Shown: positions 10,053-20,165 of the stretch, piece by piece | How positions within the stretch are numbered: the stretch's first letter is position 1 | Layout of the letters: each line of letters begins with the position of its first letter | Source of the DNA: an uncultured Clostridia bacterium | GTDB taxonomy: Bacteria; Bacillota; Clostridia; Oscillospirales; Acutalibacteraceae | Direction: 5' to 3' | Length of the DNA: 64,000 nt | Assembly: GCA_947632045.1 (NCBI GenBank) | Contig: CANRNQ010000005.1 | Coordinates: 27,484 to 91,483, forward strand | Program-made: the position numbers and the translations under genes | Notes under the pieces: model-generated | Told to the model about the DNA's origin: nothing | Seen by the model: the letters and a program-made list of their open reading frames with translations, nothing else | The model's database searches: none

Positions 10053-10195
10053 ATCTCACCCTCCCGCCTTTTTAATTTGATATTTGATATTTCATAATTG
10101 CCATAATTTTATTATATAAAACAAAACGCCGATTTCAATACCAAAGCATTAAAATCGACGGATTATTATTGAATAAATTACCGATCGGCTGCGCA

Positions 10196-10675
10196 TTACT
10201 CCGCTGCGGGCAGACCGAGCTCGGCAAGCTCCGCACGGAGGCGGCTCTTCATCTCCTTAAGCTCCGCAGAAGTCGGGCGGTTATCATCGGCGTACATCTT
10301 TTCCATCGGATACCACCAGACGGGGCCCTTGCCGTTGTTGCCGTAATTTTCGATGTCCCCCGTCCTGCGCGGATAGAGATGCCAGTGCAGGTGCGCATCG
10401 CCCATACCCAAAAGCTCATAGTTCATCTTCTCCGCTCCAAAGGCCCGACTTGTCGCCTGAGCCACAAGTACCATCTCCTCCATGAATTTCGCCCGCTCCT
10501 CCGGCTCGAGGTCAAAAAGCTCCGTTTTTCCCTCGTGGCGCTTATATAAAAACAGCGTGTACCCAAAAAAGTGCTGGTTGTCGCCCAAAACTACATAGCC
10601 CGTCTTTAGCTCCGCCACAAAATACGGGTTCGTTCCCGCCTTGATTTGTTCGATTCTGTCGCAAATTAAGCACAT
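10196..10675 (-). CDS. HIT family hydrolase
   Basis: MCLIC N-terminus and HLHWH histidine-triad motif. Confidence 0.9.
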   Translation of the reverse strand: MCLICDRIEQIKAGTNPYFVAELKTGYVVLGDNQHFFGYTLFLYKRHEGKTELFDLEPEERAKFMEEMVLVAQATSRAFGAEKMNYELLGMGDAHLHWHLYPRRTGDIENYGNNGKGPVWWYPMEKMYADDNRPTSAELKEMKSRLRAELAELGLPAAE

Positions 10676-10686
10676 ATTTTATCCTC

Positions 10687-10842
10687 CTATTTGAGCTTTG
10701 ACCTGCTGACGATGACTCGTAATGTTTCCTGTTTGCACTTCGAACAGCAGAGTGGATAGTTTTTGAGAACGGTATTCTCTCTAAGCCTGTCACAGATCTT
10801 TACCCTGCAATCAGAGCGGCGTATCCATTCAGTTGTTTCCAT
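10687..10842 (-). pseudogene. Degenerate cysteine-rich KTR domain protein (conjugative-transposon accessory gene remnant)
   Basis: Hand translation METTEWIRRSDCRVKICDRLRENTVLKNYPLCCSKCKQETL.. resembles EWxxCPxCxNKTRxxIREDTxLKNFPLxCPKCKQETL, with the first CPxC and KTR decayed. Confidence 0.65.
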
Positions 10843-10868
10843 AGGTATATCCTATATACTTCTTGCGA

Positions 10869-12008
10869 TTATTCCAACATAACACTTTTAAACGGTAGTT
10901 TCCTTATCCGCCGAGAATAGCCGTACATGGCAATTTCATAAGTGAGGATAAACAAGCCTAATGTGATTGCACTGGCCGTAAAATCGAAGTTATATTCGGG
11001 TACATTTTCCACATCAGCAAATACAATCGCTACCATGATTTTTAATAACGCATACTGATAGAGCGTACCGATTACAAATCCAATATAAGAAAACGGTCTA
11101 TAGCCTCCGAGGACCGCCTTGCTGCAATCACTATGTTTATAACCGAACACCCTCATCATAGCAATGGTTTTTGTGTTTCCTTTTATTACGCTGGAGAGCG
11201 ATAGAAATAAGGTCACAAAGGCGAGGATTAAGCCTATCGTCATTATCATGATTGCCATTGTTTCGCTCGAAAGCTCTTTCATGGACATTGACATCTGCAC
11301 CATAGCTGAGAAACAAAACGCCGAAAAAGCGATAAAGAACACAAGTGATTTTTTGCCTCTTACCGTACTCCTTGTTAATTCTTTCAGAAAAGGCATATCC
11401 TTTGTTCCCTTTTCGCTTACCTTTGTCTTATACTCACGCTTTTCCTTCAGCAAATCAATCACGGGTGTTTTAAGTCTGAAACAGGAATATATAACTGCTA
11501 AAGCCGCAAAGCTGATTGCAGGTACACCGACCAAAATAAATGCCAAAAGAGGGTGAAACTGCACCTTGATTTTTGGGAAAAGGTGTTCGGCATTTTGCAA
11601 TTCATAGAAACTCGGAAGATAGAGAAATGCCAGCACATATCCCAAAGCGCAGCCGACGAAAACACTTAATCCAAACACCCAAAAGTGCTTTGCGATTTTG
11701 GAGTTAGAATATCCGAGTGCTTTCAGTATTCCAAGCTCTTTGCCGTGCGTATCTATGTAGTTCTTGACATAAAACAGGAGCATAATGATGGATGTTATGG
11801 CTAAACAACCACCCGAAACGGCTGCAACGACCTTCCCCGTCGAAACTTGCGCCTGATACATCACCATGCCGACCTCCGTCGTGATTTCGCCTTTCAGCAC
11901 CGCGACGTCGATATTGTAACTCAGAAACAGCGTGCATACGAAAACAGCACAGCAAGCGATAATGGATATACCAATCAGTTTGAGCGCGTCTTTCATTCCT
12001 ACAACCAT
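10869..12008 (-). CDS. ABC transporter permease, FtsX-like
   Basis: Two ELGILKALGY / TIAMMRVFGY FtsX-type motifs; multiple TM segments. Confidence 0.85.
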   Translation of the reverse strand: MVVGMKDALKLIGISIIACCAVFVCTLFLSYNIDVAVLKGEITTEVGMVMYQAQVSTGKVVAAVSGGCLAITSIIMLLFYVKNYIDTHGKELGILKALGYSNSKIAKHFWVFGLSVFVGCALGYVLAFLYLPSFYELQNAEHLFPKIKVQFHPLLAFILVGVPAISFAALAVIYSCFRLKTPVIDLLKEKREYKTKVSEKGTKDMPFLKELTRSTVRGKKSLVFFIAFSAFCFSAMVQMSMSMKELSSETMAIMIMTIGLILAFVTLFLSLSSVIKGNTKTIAMMRVFGYKHSDCSKAVLGGYRPFSYIGFVIGTLYQYALLKIMVAIVFADVENVPEYNFDFTASAITLGLFILTYEIAMYGYSRRIRKLPFKSVMLE

Positions 12009-12012
12009 ACCA

Positions 12013-12705
12013 TCACCACCCGATCTCATAAGCGGTCTTTTGCTTTTCGTTAGTAGAAACCCCGGATATTTTCCCGCTGCTCATTTTTACGACTGTGTTC
12101 GCCATTTCTGCTATATTCTGATTGTGTGTCACCATCACAATGGTAAAGCCATATTCTTTATGCAGTTTGCAGATATAGTCAAGAACCTGTCGGCCTGTTT
12201 GTTCATCTAATGCGCCTGTCGGCTCGTCTAAAAACAGCACCTTTGGCTTTTTCGCAAGCGCACGGGCAACGGAAACTCTTTGCTGCTCACCGCCCGAAAG
12301 TTCGCTTGGATATTTCTTTGATTTATCTTCAAGTCCTACGGCGGTTATAATTTCCCTATATTCCCGATTGCCCGCAAGGTCAGCTCCCATTCGCACATTC
12401 TTTTCGACCGTCATATTCGGGAGCAGATAATACTGTTGGAAGATAAAACCGATATTGTCCTTGCGGAACTGTGTCAATTCTCCATCGGACAATTTTGTAA
12501 TATCGCTTGTTCCATATACAACGCTTCCGCTGTCGGGGCGTTCCAGTCCCGAAATTACATTCAAAAAGGTGGATTTACCCGACCCCGACGCACCTAAAAT
12601 AACGGTGAAATCTTTATCGGCAATTTGCAAGCTGATCCCTTTCAGCACTTGATTTCTATTTCCACCGGCTCCATAAGATTTTGTAATGTCTGATACTGTA
12701 ATCAT
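12013..12705 (-). CDS. ABC transporter ATP-binding protein (LolD/MacB-like)
   Basis: [27 protein letters not shown]. Confidence 0.95.
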   Translation of the reverse strand: MITVSDITKSYGAGGNRNQVLKGISLQIADKDFTVILGASGSGKSTFLNVISGLERPDSGSVVYGTSDITKLSDGELTQFRKDNIGFIFQQYYLLPNMTVEKNVRMGADLAGNREYREIITAVGLEDKSKKYPSELSGGEQQRVSVARALAKKPKVLFLDEPTGALDEQTGRQVLDYICKLHKEYGFTIVMVTHNQNIAEMANTVVKMSSGKISGVSTNEKQKTAYEIGW

Positions 12706-12717
12706 GCTGTTTTGCTC

Positions 12718-13617
12718 CTATTCACGGATTCCTTTTCTCATTAAGTTGATCAGTATGTAAGCACCAATTAGGATTGCAACGGTTACACCGAGAATCAGAT
12801 ACATTAACGGAACTTCAACTTGATGTCCCCAAAAATACAGATTGCAGTCCATAGAATCTTTAATCTCATTTATCACTTCCATTGGAACGCCCTGTCTGTT
12901 CATCTCGGAAAGAGCGCCTTGCATCGCGTGGTTGCGGACAAGGGCTGTTCCGTATGTCCCGGGGAGGAAGGAGAGGAATTTTTGCAGTCCCGAGCCGAAA
13001 GAGGAGATAGGCATATATGCCCCGCAAATAAATCCGTATCCCGCGCTGATGATGGTACCGACTGCGGAAATTTGCCCTTGCGTTGATAAAAACAGGTTGA
13101 TGATCGAGGACAGCGCAGTTCCAAACAGGGCGAGCAGCATAACATCTAAAATCAGCTGAACAACGTCTGCCGCAGACATGTACCACCCCACAAAAGCCGC
13201 ATACGCAAGGCATATGCCAGTCGCCGCAAAGCAGATTATAAGTGTCGAGGCCAATGAGGCGATATAGTAGCTCATGGAAAGCAGGGAAGGACTGACGGGA
13301 GAGATTTTCAAGTCTTTAATCGTGCCGTTCGCCTTGTCCTGCACCATCAAAAAGTTGGAGCAGAATGCGACCGTCACGCTGGATACCGCAAGAATCGACG
13401 AAATCAGCTGCCCGCCCACAAGCCCATCAATAAGGTTGTCGGAAAGGTGAATGAATTCGGGCGAATTCGATGTAAAGCTGTCGCGATAGACATTCCCGAG
13501 AAAAGTCACATAAAGGACAAGCAGGATAGCCGGCGTGATTAAAGAAGTAAGGAACATTCCCCTGTCTTTGAAAAACAGTTTTATATTTCTCTTTATAAGA
13601 ACGGTCGCCGCACTCAT
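12718..13617 (-). CDS. ABC-2 type transporter permease
   Basis: Six TM segments; overlaps the stop of the upstream ATPase. Confidence 0.85.
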   Translation of the reverse strand: MSAATVLIKRNIKLFFKDRGMFLTSLITPAILLVLYVTFLGNVYRDSFTSNSPEFIHLSDNLIDGLVGGQLISSILAVSSVTVAFCSNFLMVQDKANGTIKDLKISPVSPSLLSMSYYIASLASTLIICFAATGICLAYAAFVGWYMSAADVVQLILDVMLLALFGTALSSIINLFLSTQGQISAVGTIISAGYGFICGAYMPISSFGSGLQKFLSFLPGTYGTALVRNHAMQGALSEMNRQGVPMEVINEIKDSMDCNLYFWGHQVEVPLMYLILGVTVAILIGAYILINLMRKGIRE

Positions 13618-14528
13618 TTTTCAGCACCTCCTATCAGTTTCTTCCCGGTAACGGCAAGAAAAACATCGTCCATTTTACCCTTTGTTATCTCATAATCATC
13701 GAACACGTCGGGATTTTTCATAATCAGTTCTGTTGCCGCTCTTGTATTTGGAACAAATAAGCGGTAAGCGTCTTTGATTGGCTCATATTCTGTTCCAAGA
13801 CTCTTTACCTCGGCTTCACTTGCCCCGTAGATCGTGATATAGTCCCCGGTATAGGCGTTTTTAAGCTCAAGCGGTGTTCCTTCCGCAGCAATCTTTCCGT
13901 TGTCAAGAATGATAACATAATCAGCCTCGGACGCTTCTTCCATATAGTGCGTAGTAAGGAATACGGTCATTTTCTCGTTTTTGCGAAGGTCGGATATTAC
14001 ATTCCATAGGTTTTTACGAGTTTGCGGATCAAGTCCCGTTGTGGGTTCGTCGAGAATAAGGATTTTAGGTCTATGAAATAACGCTCGGGCAATATCAATT
14101 CTTCTGCGCTGTCCTCCTGAGAGTTTTCCTACTGTCCGTTTTAATATGTCCTCAAATTCAAGCGTTTCAGAAAGTACAGAAAGTCTTTCCCGAAATGATT
14201 TTCCAACAATACCGTACAATGCAGCACGGCTCTCCAGGTTATCATAAACGGAAAGTGCCGAATCAAGGACGGAATTTTGAAAAACAACGCCAAGTTCCAG
14301 TTTAATGGTATTCAAATCATAATCGAGGCTATGACCGTCAATTAGAATGTCGCCGCTATCCTTTGATAGCTGACCGCACATAATGTTGATTGTAGTTGAT
14401 TTGCCTGCGCCGTTAATCCCAAGAAAAGCGAAAAGTTCGCCTTCCCGAACGCAAAAACTTAAATCCTGTACTGCTTTTACATCACTGAAACTTTTGCTCA
14501 AGCGATTGATTTGAATAATTTTTTTCAT
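13614..14528 (-). CDS. ABC-2 type ATP-binding protein
   Basis: GINGAGKST, LSGGQRRR, LILDEPTTGLDP, LTTHYMEEA. Confidence 0.95.
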   Translation of the reverse strand: MKKIIQINRLSKSFSDVKAVQDLSFCVREGELFAFLGINGAGKSTTINIMCGQLSKDSGDILIDGHSLDYDLNTIKLELGVVFQNSVLDSALSVYDNLESRAALYGIVGKSFRERLSVLSETLEFEDILKRTVGKLSGGQRRRIDIARALFHRPKILILDEPTTGLDPQTRKNLWNVISDLRKNEKMTVFLTTHYMEEASEADYVIILDNGKIAAEGTPLELKNAYTGDYITIYGASEAEVKSLGTEYEPIKDAYRLFVPNTRAATELIMKNPDVFDDYEITKGKMDDVFLAVTGKKLIGGAEK

Positions 14529-14561
14529 TTTTAATCTCCTTGTGCGGTATTTACACGATTG

Positions 14562-15137
14562 TTATGCTTTATCACTTTTGATTTCTTTCAGCAAACCTAC
14601 AAATACCTCGGTCATCATGCCGCTGATTTCCTCGGCGGTAAAGGAACACATATTTGTTGCACAAAGCACTGCTATCCCGTGGGTGTATATCCACAAATGC
14701 CGATAAAGGTTTTCAGCGTCTTTCTCACCAAGTCCATATCCGTTCTGAACGGACTGCAATATTTGCTCATAGCTTTCATCTATGATTGGGAGAATACCCG
14801 CAACAGGCGGCTTGTGCGGCTGTTCTGACATAAAGAGCAATTGAAACAGCTTTGGCTCTTTGATAGCAAATATGATGTACTGCGTACCTACGCCCTTAAA
14901 TGCCAATTTTTGATGCAGTCCGACTTGAATATACTCGGCATAGAGCGCTTTCGCCGCCTTTTGCATTTCTGCTTGTACTTCCTCCATATTTTCAAATACG
15001 GTAAAAATCGGTTTTGGCGATGAGCCCAGTTTTGTTCCGAGCGCCCGTGCCGTGAGAGCGTTTATTCCTTCTTCTCTTGTTAAATCCAAAGCGGCTTTTA
15101 TGATTTCTTCTCGTGTAAACTTGCATTTTGGCGGCAT
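14562..15137 (-). CDS. TetR/AcrR family regulator (WHG-type C-terminus)
   Basis: FTREEIIKAA..LTARALGTKLG N-terminal HTH; WIYTHG. Confidence 0.9.
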   Translation of the reverse strand: MPPKCKFTREEIIKAALDLTREEGINALTARALGTKLGSSPKPIFTVFENMEEVQAEMQKAAKALYAEYIQVGLHQKLAFKGVGTQYIIFAIKEPKLFQLLFMSEQPHKPPVAGILPIIDESYEQILQSVQNGYGLGEKDAENLYRHLWIYTHGIAVLCATNMCSFTAEEISGMMTEVFVGLLKEIKSDKA

Positions 15138-15156
15138 GGTCTATCCTCTCACAATC

Positions 15157-15216
15157 AGAAACTTATGTTTCGCAACATCTGTTTTTAATTATACCTGATA
15201 GAAAGGGAAAAGTCAA
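15157..15216 (-). promoter_or_regulatory. Sigma-A promoter and probable TetR operator
   Basis: TTGACT-17-TATAAT on the minus strand; tandem AAC-N4-GTT palindromes (GAAACTTATGTTTC, CAACATCTGTT) just downstream. Confidence 0.6.
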
Positions 15217-15270
15217 GAGAAACAGCGGAAGTTCCTGAAAAGTTTGTTTTCCGGACATATAGGCAAAATT

Positions 15271-15313
15271 AGAGCCGATAATCCGTGAGGTATCTCACAA
15301 AATCATCGGCTCT
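15271..15313. terminator. AGAGCCGAT...ATCGGCTCT hairpin of the type that follows Cys-rich KTR genes in conjugative elements
   Basis: Inverted repeat seen directly; family association is from recall. Confidence 0.5.
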
Positions 15314-15388
15314 GTGTTTGACACTTTGCGGATAGGGTATTCTGCTCGATAAATGAAGCCTTATCCCGGCTCCGCAAAAAATCCCCGA

Positions 15389-15884
15389 TTATTTTCTGAT
15401 TGCGGGAATCGCGATTCTCGCCCCAATTTTAGGGTCCGCCCCCAGATTGAGCGTCGGAGCAAGCTGATTTGCCAATCTGTATCCGTAGCGTTCAAAGTTG
15501 TAATTTTCAACCGCTTTCAGAACCTGTCCGATAACCTTTCCGAAATCATCGGGATTTTCATACGGCTCGCTTTGAAAGTAAAGCATGATACACTCCTGAA
15601 GCTTTGCGACCTTGTAGCCGTCAGGCAGAGGCTTTTCGTAGTCCGGCGGCACTTCAACGCCGGAGGCGATTTTACTTTCTCCCTCCACTTGAAGAAAATC
15701 GGGCAGCTCTATAAGCGCTTAAATACTCATAGAGAGTCATGTGTATATGCTTTTGGAAAAGTCTGTCAAGCTGTCGCCGGGAATACCCGACCGCACGGCA
15801 GACGCGCTCAATACCAAACTCTGCATCCGCGTGATGCGCTTTAATATACTCTTGCGCCAGAACCACCGCATTTACATCATTCAT
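15389..15884 (-). pseudogene. AraC-family regulator with effector-binding C-terminus, internally deleted/frameshifted
   Basis: 70-aa N-terminal AraC first-HTH fragment (AVGYSRRQLDRLF) overlaps a 99-aa C-terminal fragment in another frame; second HTH missing. Confidence 0.7.
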
Positions 15885-16003
15885 CTTGCACCCCTATTTA
15901 TCATAGCGCCAAACTCATTTCGTTTCTTGATATATATGGACAAGCTTCAATTTATTGCTCCGCTTTACTTCTTGCAAGCGGGAGTGAATTTATATTGTCG
16001 CTT

Positions 16004-16654
16004 TCAATACTCGGCATAATCCCGTATTTTCTCTATAACACCCAAATAATCATGCGCCGTGCCGCTAAAGTGTTCGGGGTCGATGGGATGATGAATGTTA
16101 TATAGGATTCCTGTTTTGCCGGTACGACCCAAATCATTTTCGTCAAGGTGGCGTTCATCTATATGCACCTTCACAATCTCAAGACACATCAGGACATAAT
16201 CGTCTCCCTCGGCTATCTCCTTTTCCCACTTGAACTTGCACTCAAGATTGATAAAGCATTCCTCTATTATCGGCGCGTTGACCATATCCGCCTTTACAGC
16301 GGTCATGCCTGCCAACGCAATCTCGTCATCGTCAAACTGATTATGCCGTATGGTAGCCATACACTTGTCGTAAAGTTCGGCGGACATGAAGTTGATAACC
16401 GCTTCCTTCGTTTCGTGAAGAGTTTGGTATAAATGTCCATATTTGCTGACAGCGGAAACGATGGCATAAAAGCCATTCGTGCCGCCCGTGAATGTAGTCC
16501 ATGACTGCATACAGGCATTCGTCAGTCCGTTGCTCTTGTAGGACGTGATTATAAGCAGCGGCGACGGAATCTGCACCACAAATTCCATCCAATGGAACCC
16601 GTACATTTCCATGCCGCTCATGGATTCCGGCAATGCGCTATACTCTTTTTTCAA
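16004..16654 (-). CDS. Flavin reductase-like FMN-binding protein
   Basis: PLLIITS..NAC, VNAPIIEECFINLEC motifs. Confidence 0.8.
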   Translation of the reverse strand: MKKEYSALPESMSGMEMYGFHWMEFVVQIPSPLLIITSYKSNGLTNACMQSWTTFTGGTNGFYAIVSAVSKYGHLYQTLHETKEAVINFMSAELYDKCMATIRHNQFDDDEIALAGMTAVKADMVNAPIIEECFINLECKFKWEKEIAEGDDYVLMCLEIVKVHIDERHLDENDLGRTGKTGILYNIHHPIDPEHFSGTAHDYLGVIEKIRDYAEY

Positions 16655-16742
16655 AATACAATTCCTCCGTATATTTTCGATTTTTCACTTTGATTTTCTT
16701 CCCGTCAAGCGGGAATTTTATTATGCGGAAATTTTTTTGCCC

Positions 16743-18077
16743 TCACGCCTTCAGCCGGTTCATCCATCCGCGGCGCTTGAAAACTACGAGGGAAACGGCA
16801 AAGCGTATGCACTCCTCCAGCGACAGGGTGAAATAGACAAGGGGGATCGGCCAGTGTAACACAAAAGCTGTCAAAAGCCCCAGCGGAACGCCGAAGACCC
16901 ATGTGCCCATCAGGTCTATGACCATGACATATGTCGTTTTCCCTCCGCTGCGCAGTATGCCGCTGCCGATAATCATATTCAGCACCTTAAAGGGCATAAC
17001 AGCGGCGTAGGCGGTGAGGATTTGAACCGTCAGCTCTCTTACGTCCGCATCCTCTTTAAAAACGCATACATACAGAGGGCTTATACAGAAAATCACCACG
17101 GACAACAGCACGGAGCCAAGCAAGCCGTAGAGCAGGAGCTTTTTCGACTCTCGGTAGGCATTCTCCCTGTCCCCGTCGCCAAGGCGCTTGCCAATTAGTA
17201 TAGCCGCCGCCTGACTTAAGCCGCACAACGCTCCTATTGCCAAGGACTGCACGGGATTTGTCAGCGTCATGGCGGCGCTGGCGTTTGTGCCTAAGTGTCC
17301 GTAAATGCCTGCGTACACGTTTTCGCCCAACACCCACATAAATTCACTTACCAAAAGCGGCAGAAGCATGGAAAGATACTGCCCCCATGCAAAGGAAGCC
17401 GCCGCGGTATTTTTTACTCTCTCACGATATTTAAGATACATTACGAGTATGAACAGAAGATAAACAAGCTGTGAAATAAGCGTTGCCAGCGCCGCACCGG
17501 TTACTCCGAGAGCCGGCGCGCCAAGATTCCCGAAAATCAGTATCCAGTTCAGTCCCGTGTTGACAGCCGCCGACGCGATACCGGCGTAGAGCGGGAGGGC
17601 GGCTTTTTCTATGCACCGCAGGTGAGTGGAAAGAATAGTGATTACTGCCGTTGGAAAGAAAGTGCCTGACACGATAAACAGATAACGCCCCGCCGCCTCC
17701 GCCACAGCAACGTCGTCGATATAAAGGCTCATGATTTGTTTCGGGGCTATGGCGCCTATCAGTGTGAACAGCGCGGCGAGCATAAGGCAAACCCGCAGGT
17801 TAAAAATTATACTTCTGCGCGTTTCGGCGGCATTTTTCTGTCCTATATACTGTGAGATCATTATTCCCGCCACAGCTCCCACTGCGGACACTACCACGTT
17901 GAATATCGAAGTAAATTTCCCTGCCAGTCCGACTGCGGCGACCTCCACGCCCCCAAGCTGACCTATCATCACCTGATCCACCACTCCGAAGGACGCTTGG
18001 AGCATTGATTGCAGCGCAACCGGCACAGCCAGCACAATGACATTTCGCAAAAAGCTCTCTCTCTTTGGTTTAATCAT
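16743..18077 (-). CDS. MATE family efflux transporter
   Basis: VDQVMIGQLG..AAVGLA, LIFGNLGAPALGVTGAALAT; about 12 TM. Confidence 0.92.
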   Translation of the reverse strand: MIKPKRESFLRNVIVLAVPVALQSMLQASFGVVDQVMIGQLGGVEVAAVGLAGKFTSIFNVVVSAVGAVAGIMISQYIGQKNAAETRRSIIFNLRVCLMLAALFTLIGAIAPKQIMSLYIDDVAVAEAAGRYLFIVSGTFFPTAVITILSTHLRCIEKAALPLYAGIASAAVNTGLNWILIFGNLGAPALGVTGAALATLISQLVYLLFILVMYLKYRERVKNTAAASFAWGQYLSMLLPLLVSEFMWVLGENVYAGIYGHLGTNASAAMTLTNPVQSLAIGALCGLSQAAAILIGKRLGDGDRENAYRESKKLLLYGLLGSVLLSVVIFCISPLYVCVFKEDADVRELTVQILTAYAAVMPFKVLNMIIGSGILRSGGKTTYVMVIDLMGTWVFGVPLGLLTAFVLHWPIPLVYFTLSLEECIRFAVSLVVFKRRGWMNRLKA

Positions 18078-18294
18078 TTTCTGTTCTCCTCAATCCATTT
18101 GACCGCGAAATCCACCAGCTCCCTTTGGCGCATAAAGGTAAGCGTACCGTTTCCGATAGCGCTTTAGCGACGAATCGGGTCAAGGCTTTTCCATGACTGA
18201 GCGGGCAGTTGACCATTATCGTCTGTCCTGTCCTCACACCAATCATTTTGAGCTTATCAAGAATATCCTTTTTAAGTAAAATTTTTCGTTCCAT
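18074..18294 (-). pseudogene. Aminoglycoside N(3)-acetyltransferase (AAC(3)/YokD family) remnant with large internal deletion
   Basis: N-terminus MERKILLKKDILDKLKMIGVRTGQTIMV and, in another frame, C-terminus IGNGTLTFMRQRELVDFAVKWIEENRK*; central region absent. Confidence 0.7.
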
Positions 18295-18443
18295 GTCAGC
18301 CTCCGCGATTATAAGAAATCCCTCTGTCAGTTTCAAGTATAACCGACAGCGGGATTCTTTTCAAAACTTAAATCCGTAAGCGCCGACAAAAACGCGGAGC
18401 TATTTTTGTTTAAAATATCAGCAAGACGGAGTCTGCAACCCGT

Positions 18444-19442
18444 TTAGACGGCTCTTGTGCTGTCGCGAATAACTAAAGACGTGGAAAGAGTGATAACAGG
18501 CTCCACCGGCTCTCCCGCACGAAATTTCCTTATCGCGTCCAGCGCCGCCCGCGCGCGCTCCGCATTGTCCTGACGGACAGAGGTCAAAGACGGGTAGACC
18601 ATGCCGCAAAGGGGCGTGTCGTCAAATCCGGCGACGGAGATCTCGCCCGGCACATCGACGCCGCTGCTTTGCAGAAAATGTATGAGGTCAACGGCGTAAT
18701 AGTCCGATACCGCAAAAACGGCGGAGAAGCTCCTAATCTGTGACAGATTCTCCCGATAGAAGGTCATTCGCTCCGCCTTGCGCATCGGTATCATCATAAA
18801 CTCGGCTCCGCTCCCGAAGCCCTCACGAAAGCCCCTCCAGCGCTCCATATCCATGTCAACGTCGTTGTCCGAAAGGCACAGAACACGCTTATGCCCGCAA
18901 AGGCGGAAATACTCGCCGAGCTGAAATCCCCCATGGCGGTCGTCTATGTTCACGGCACAGACGCGCTCCGCTATAACTCCGCAAGCGTCATATACCGCAA
19001 AGGGTATGCGGACATTCTCCCGCAGGCGCTTGTAATCCGCACCGCAAAAGCCGATCAACACAAGCCCCTCCAGGTTCCACATTGTGGCGAAGGAAATAAT
19101 TTCATCAATGGCGTTCACAGCCCTCACCATCATCTGTAATCCGCGTCCGGCCGTTTCCGCGCTGAGGGCGTTGAGCGCCGAGGCGATAAACGCGTCCTCC
19201 AGGACGTGAGATTCATATTTCTCGTGGGCATTAATGACAACTCCCACAATTTTCGCCGGGTTTTCCGCCAACAGCACCTCCGCCGCCCGCGGCAGATACC
19301 CCCGCTCCTCTAAAGCGCGGCGCACTCTGATTGCCGTTCGCTCCGACACCATTCCGGTCTTGCCGTGAAGCACATACGAAACCGCCGCCGTGCTGAGGCC
19401 CAGCTCATACGCAATATCCGAAAGCCGTACCTTTTCTTCCAT
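18444..19442 (-). CDS. LacI family transcriptional regulator
   Basis: LSDIAYELGLSTAAVSYVL HTH; VAGFDD..PSLTSVRQ. Confidence 0.92.
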   Translation of the reverse strand: MEEKVRLSDIAYELGLSTAAVSYVLHGKTGMVSERTAIRVRRALEERGYLPRAAEVLLAENPAKIVGVVINAHEKYESHVLEDAFIASALNALSAETAGRGLQMMVRAVNAIDEIISFATMWNLEGLVLIGFCGADYKRLRENVRIPFAVYDACGVIAERVCAVNIDDRHGGFQLGEYFRLCGHKRVLCLSDNDVDMDMERWRGFREGFGSGAEFMMIPMRKAERMTFYRENLSQIRSFSAVFAVSDYYAVDLIHFLQSSGVDVPGEISVAGFDDTPLCGMVYPSLTSVRQDNAERARAALDAIRKFRAGEPVEPVITLSTSLVIRDSTRAV

Positions 19443-19531
19443 TTCACACCTCCGAGCCCTGCGGCGAAACTTATGCCGCCGCAGCTTATCCGATTAACCG
19501 TATTTTTTGACGGCTTATACACAAAAACAAA

Positions 19532-19558
19532 AGGACGATTCTATCATTGAATCGTCCT
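19532..19558 (-). terminator. Terminator downstream of tRNA-Leu(GAG)
   Basis: AGGACGATTC-N7-GAATCGTCCT followed by a T-rich run on the minus strand. Confidence 0.7.
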
Positions 19559-19562
19559 GCTA

Positions 19563-19647
19563 TGGTGCGAGTGATGGGACTTGAACCCATACGTCGTGAA
19601 ACACACGCCCCTCAAACGTGCCTGTCTGCCTGTTCCAGCACACTCGC
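19563..19647 (-). tRNA. tRNA-Leu (anticodon GAG)
   Basis: GCGAGTG acceptor stem, anticodon loop TTGAGGG, long variable arm, GGTTCAAGTCC, encoded CCA. Confidence 0.95.
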
Positions 19648-19799
19648 ATATCTTTCGGTCAACGAGTGTTATTATATCAAAGCGGAATAATAAAGTCAAG
19701 TCCTTTTTTGATTTTTTTCTATTTTTTTACCTCTCGCCGCCTTGGCTGTATAAGCCGAAGAAAATACTCATAAAATAATTATATATATTAATTTTCGGG

Positions 19800-20165
19800 G
19801 TGATGGATTTGAAAAAGACTTCATTTTGGTTCCTTCCCGTCCTCGCTTTCACCTTACTTCTCTGCTCCTGCACGCAAAGGGCAATCGGCAGTCAGGCAGA
19901 CGAGCTGAGGGTAAACTCCTGGAGCGGAAGCGGCGAGTACAGCACGACGATACACCTTAGCTTTGACGGCACAAAGGCGAGCTTTGACATACATTCTATG
20001 GGTGGAGCCGACACAAGACTTTACGGCGACTGTCTGGTGGACGATCACACAATACTTCTCACCGACAGCCGCCTTAAAAAAAGCCTTGAGTTTGATTACG
20101 AGCTCAGCGGCGACGAGGTCAAGCTGAGCTACGACGGCGGCACGATAAATTTAAACAAGGACTGA
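19800..20165 (+). CDS. Hypothetical lipoprotein
   Basis: Signal peptide with LCSC lipobox. Confidence 0.7.
   Translation: MMDLKKTSFWFLPVLAFTLLLCSCTQRAIGSQADELRVNSWSGSGEYSTTIHLSFDGTKASFDIHSMGGADTRLYGDCLVDDHTILLTDSRLKKSLEFDYELSGDEVKLSYDGGTINLNKD

Noticed and set aside
10060-10195. attL/attR duplicate of the tRNA-Leu 3' end at the island's far boundary
   Set aside because: No copy of the tRNA 3' sequence was seen; only an imperfect hairpin
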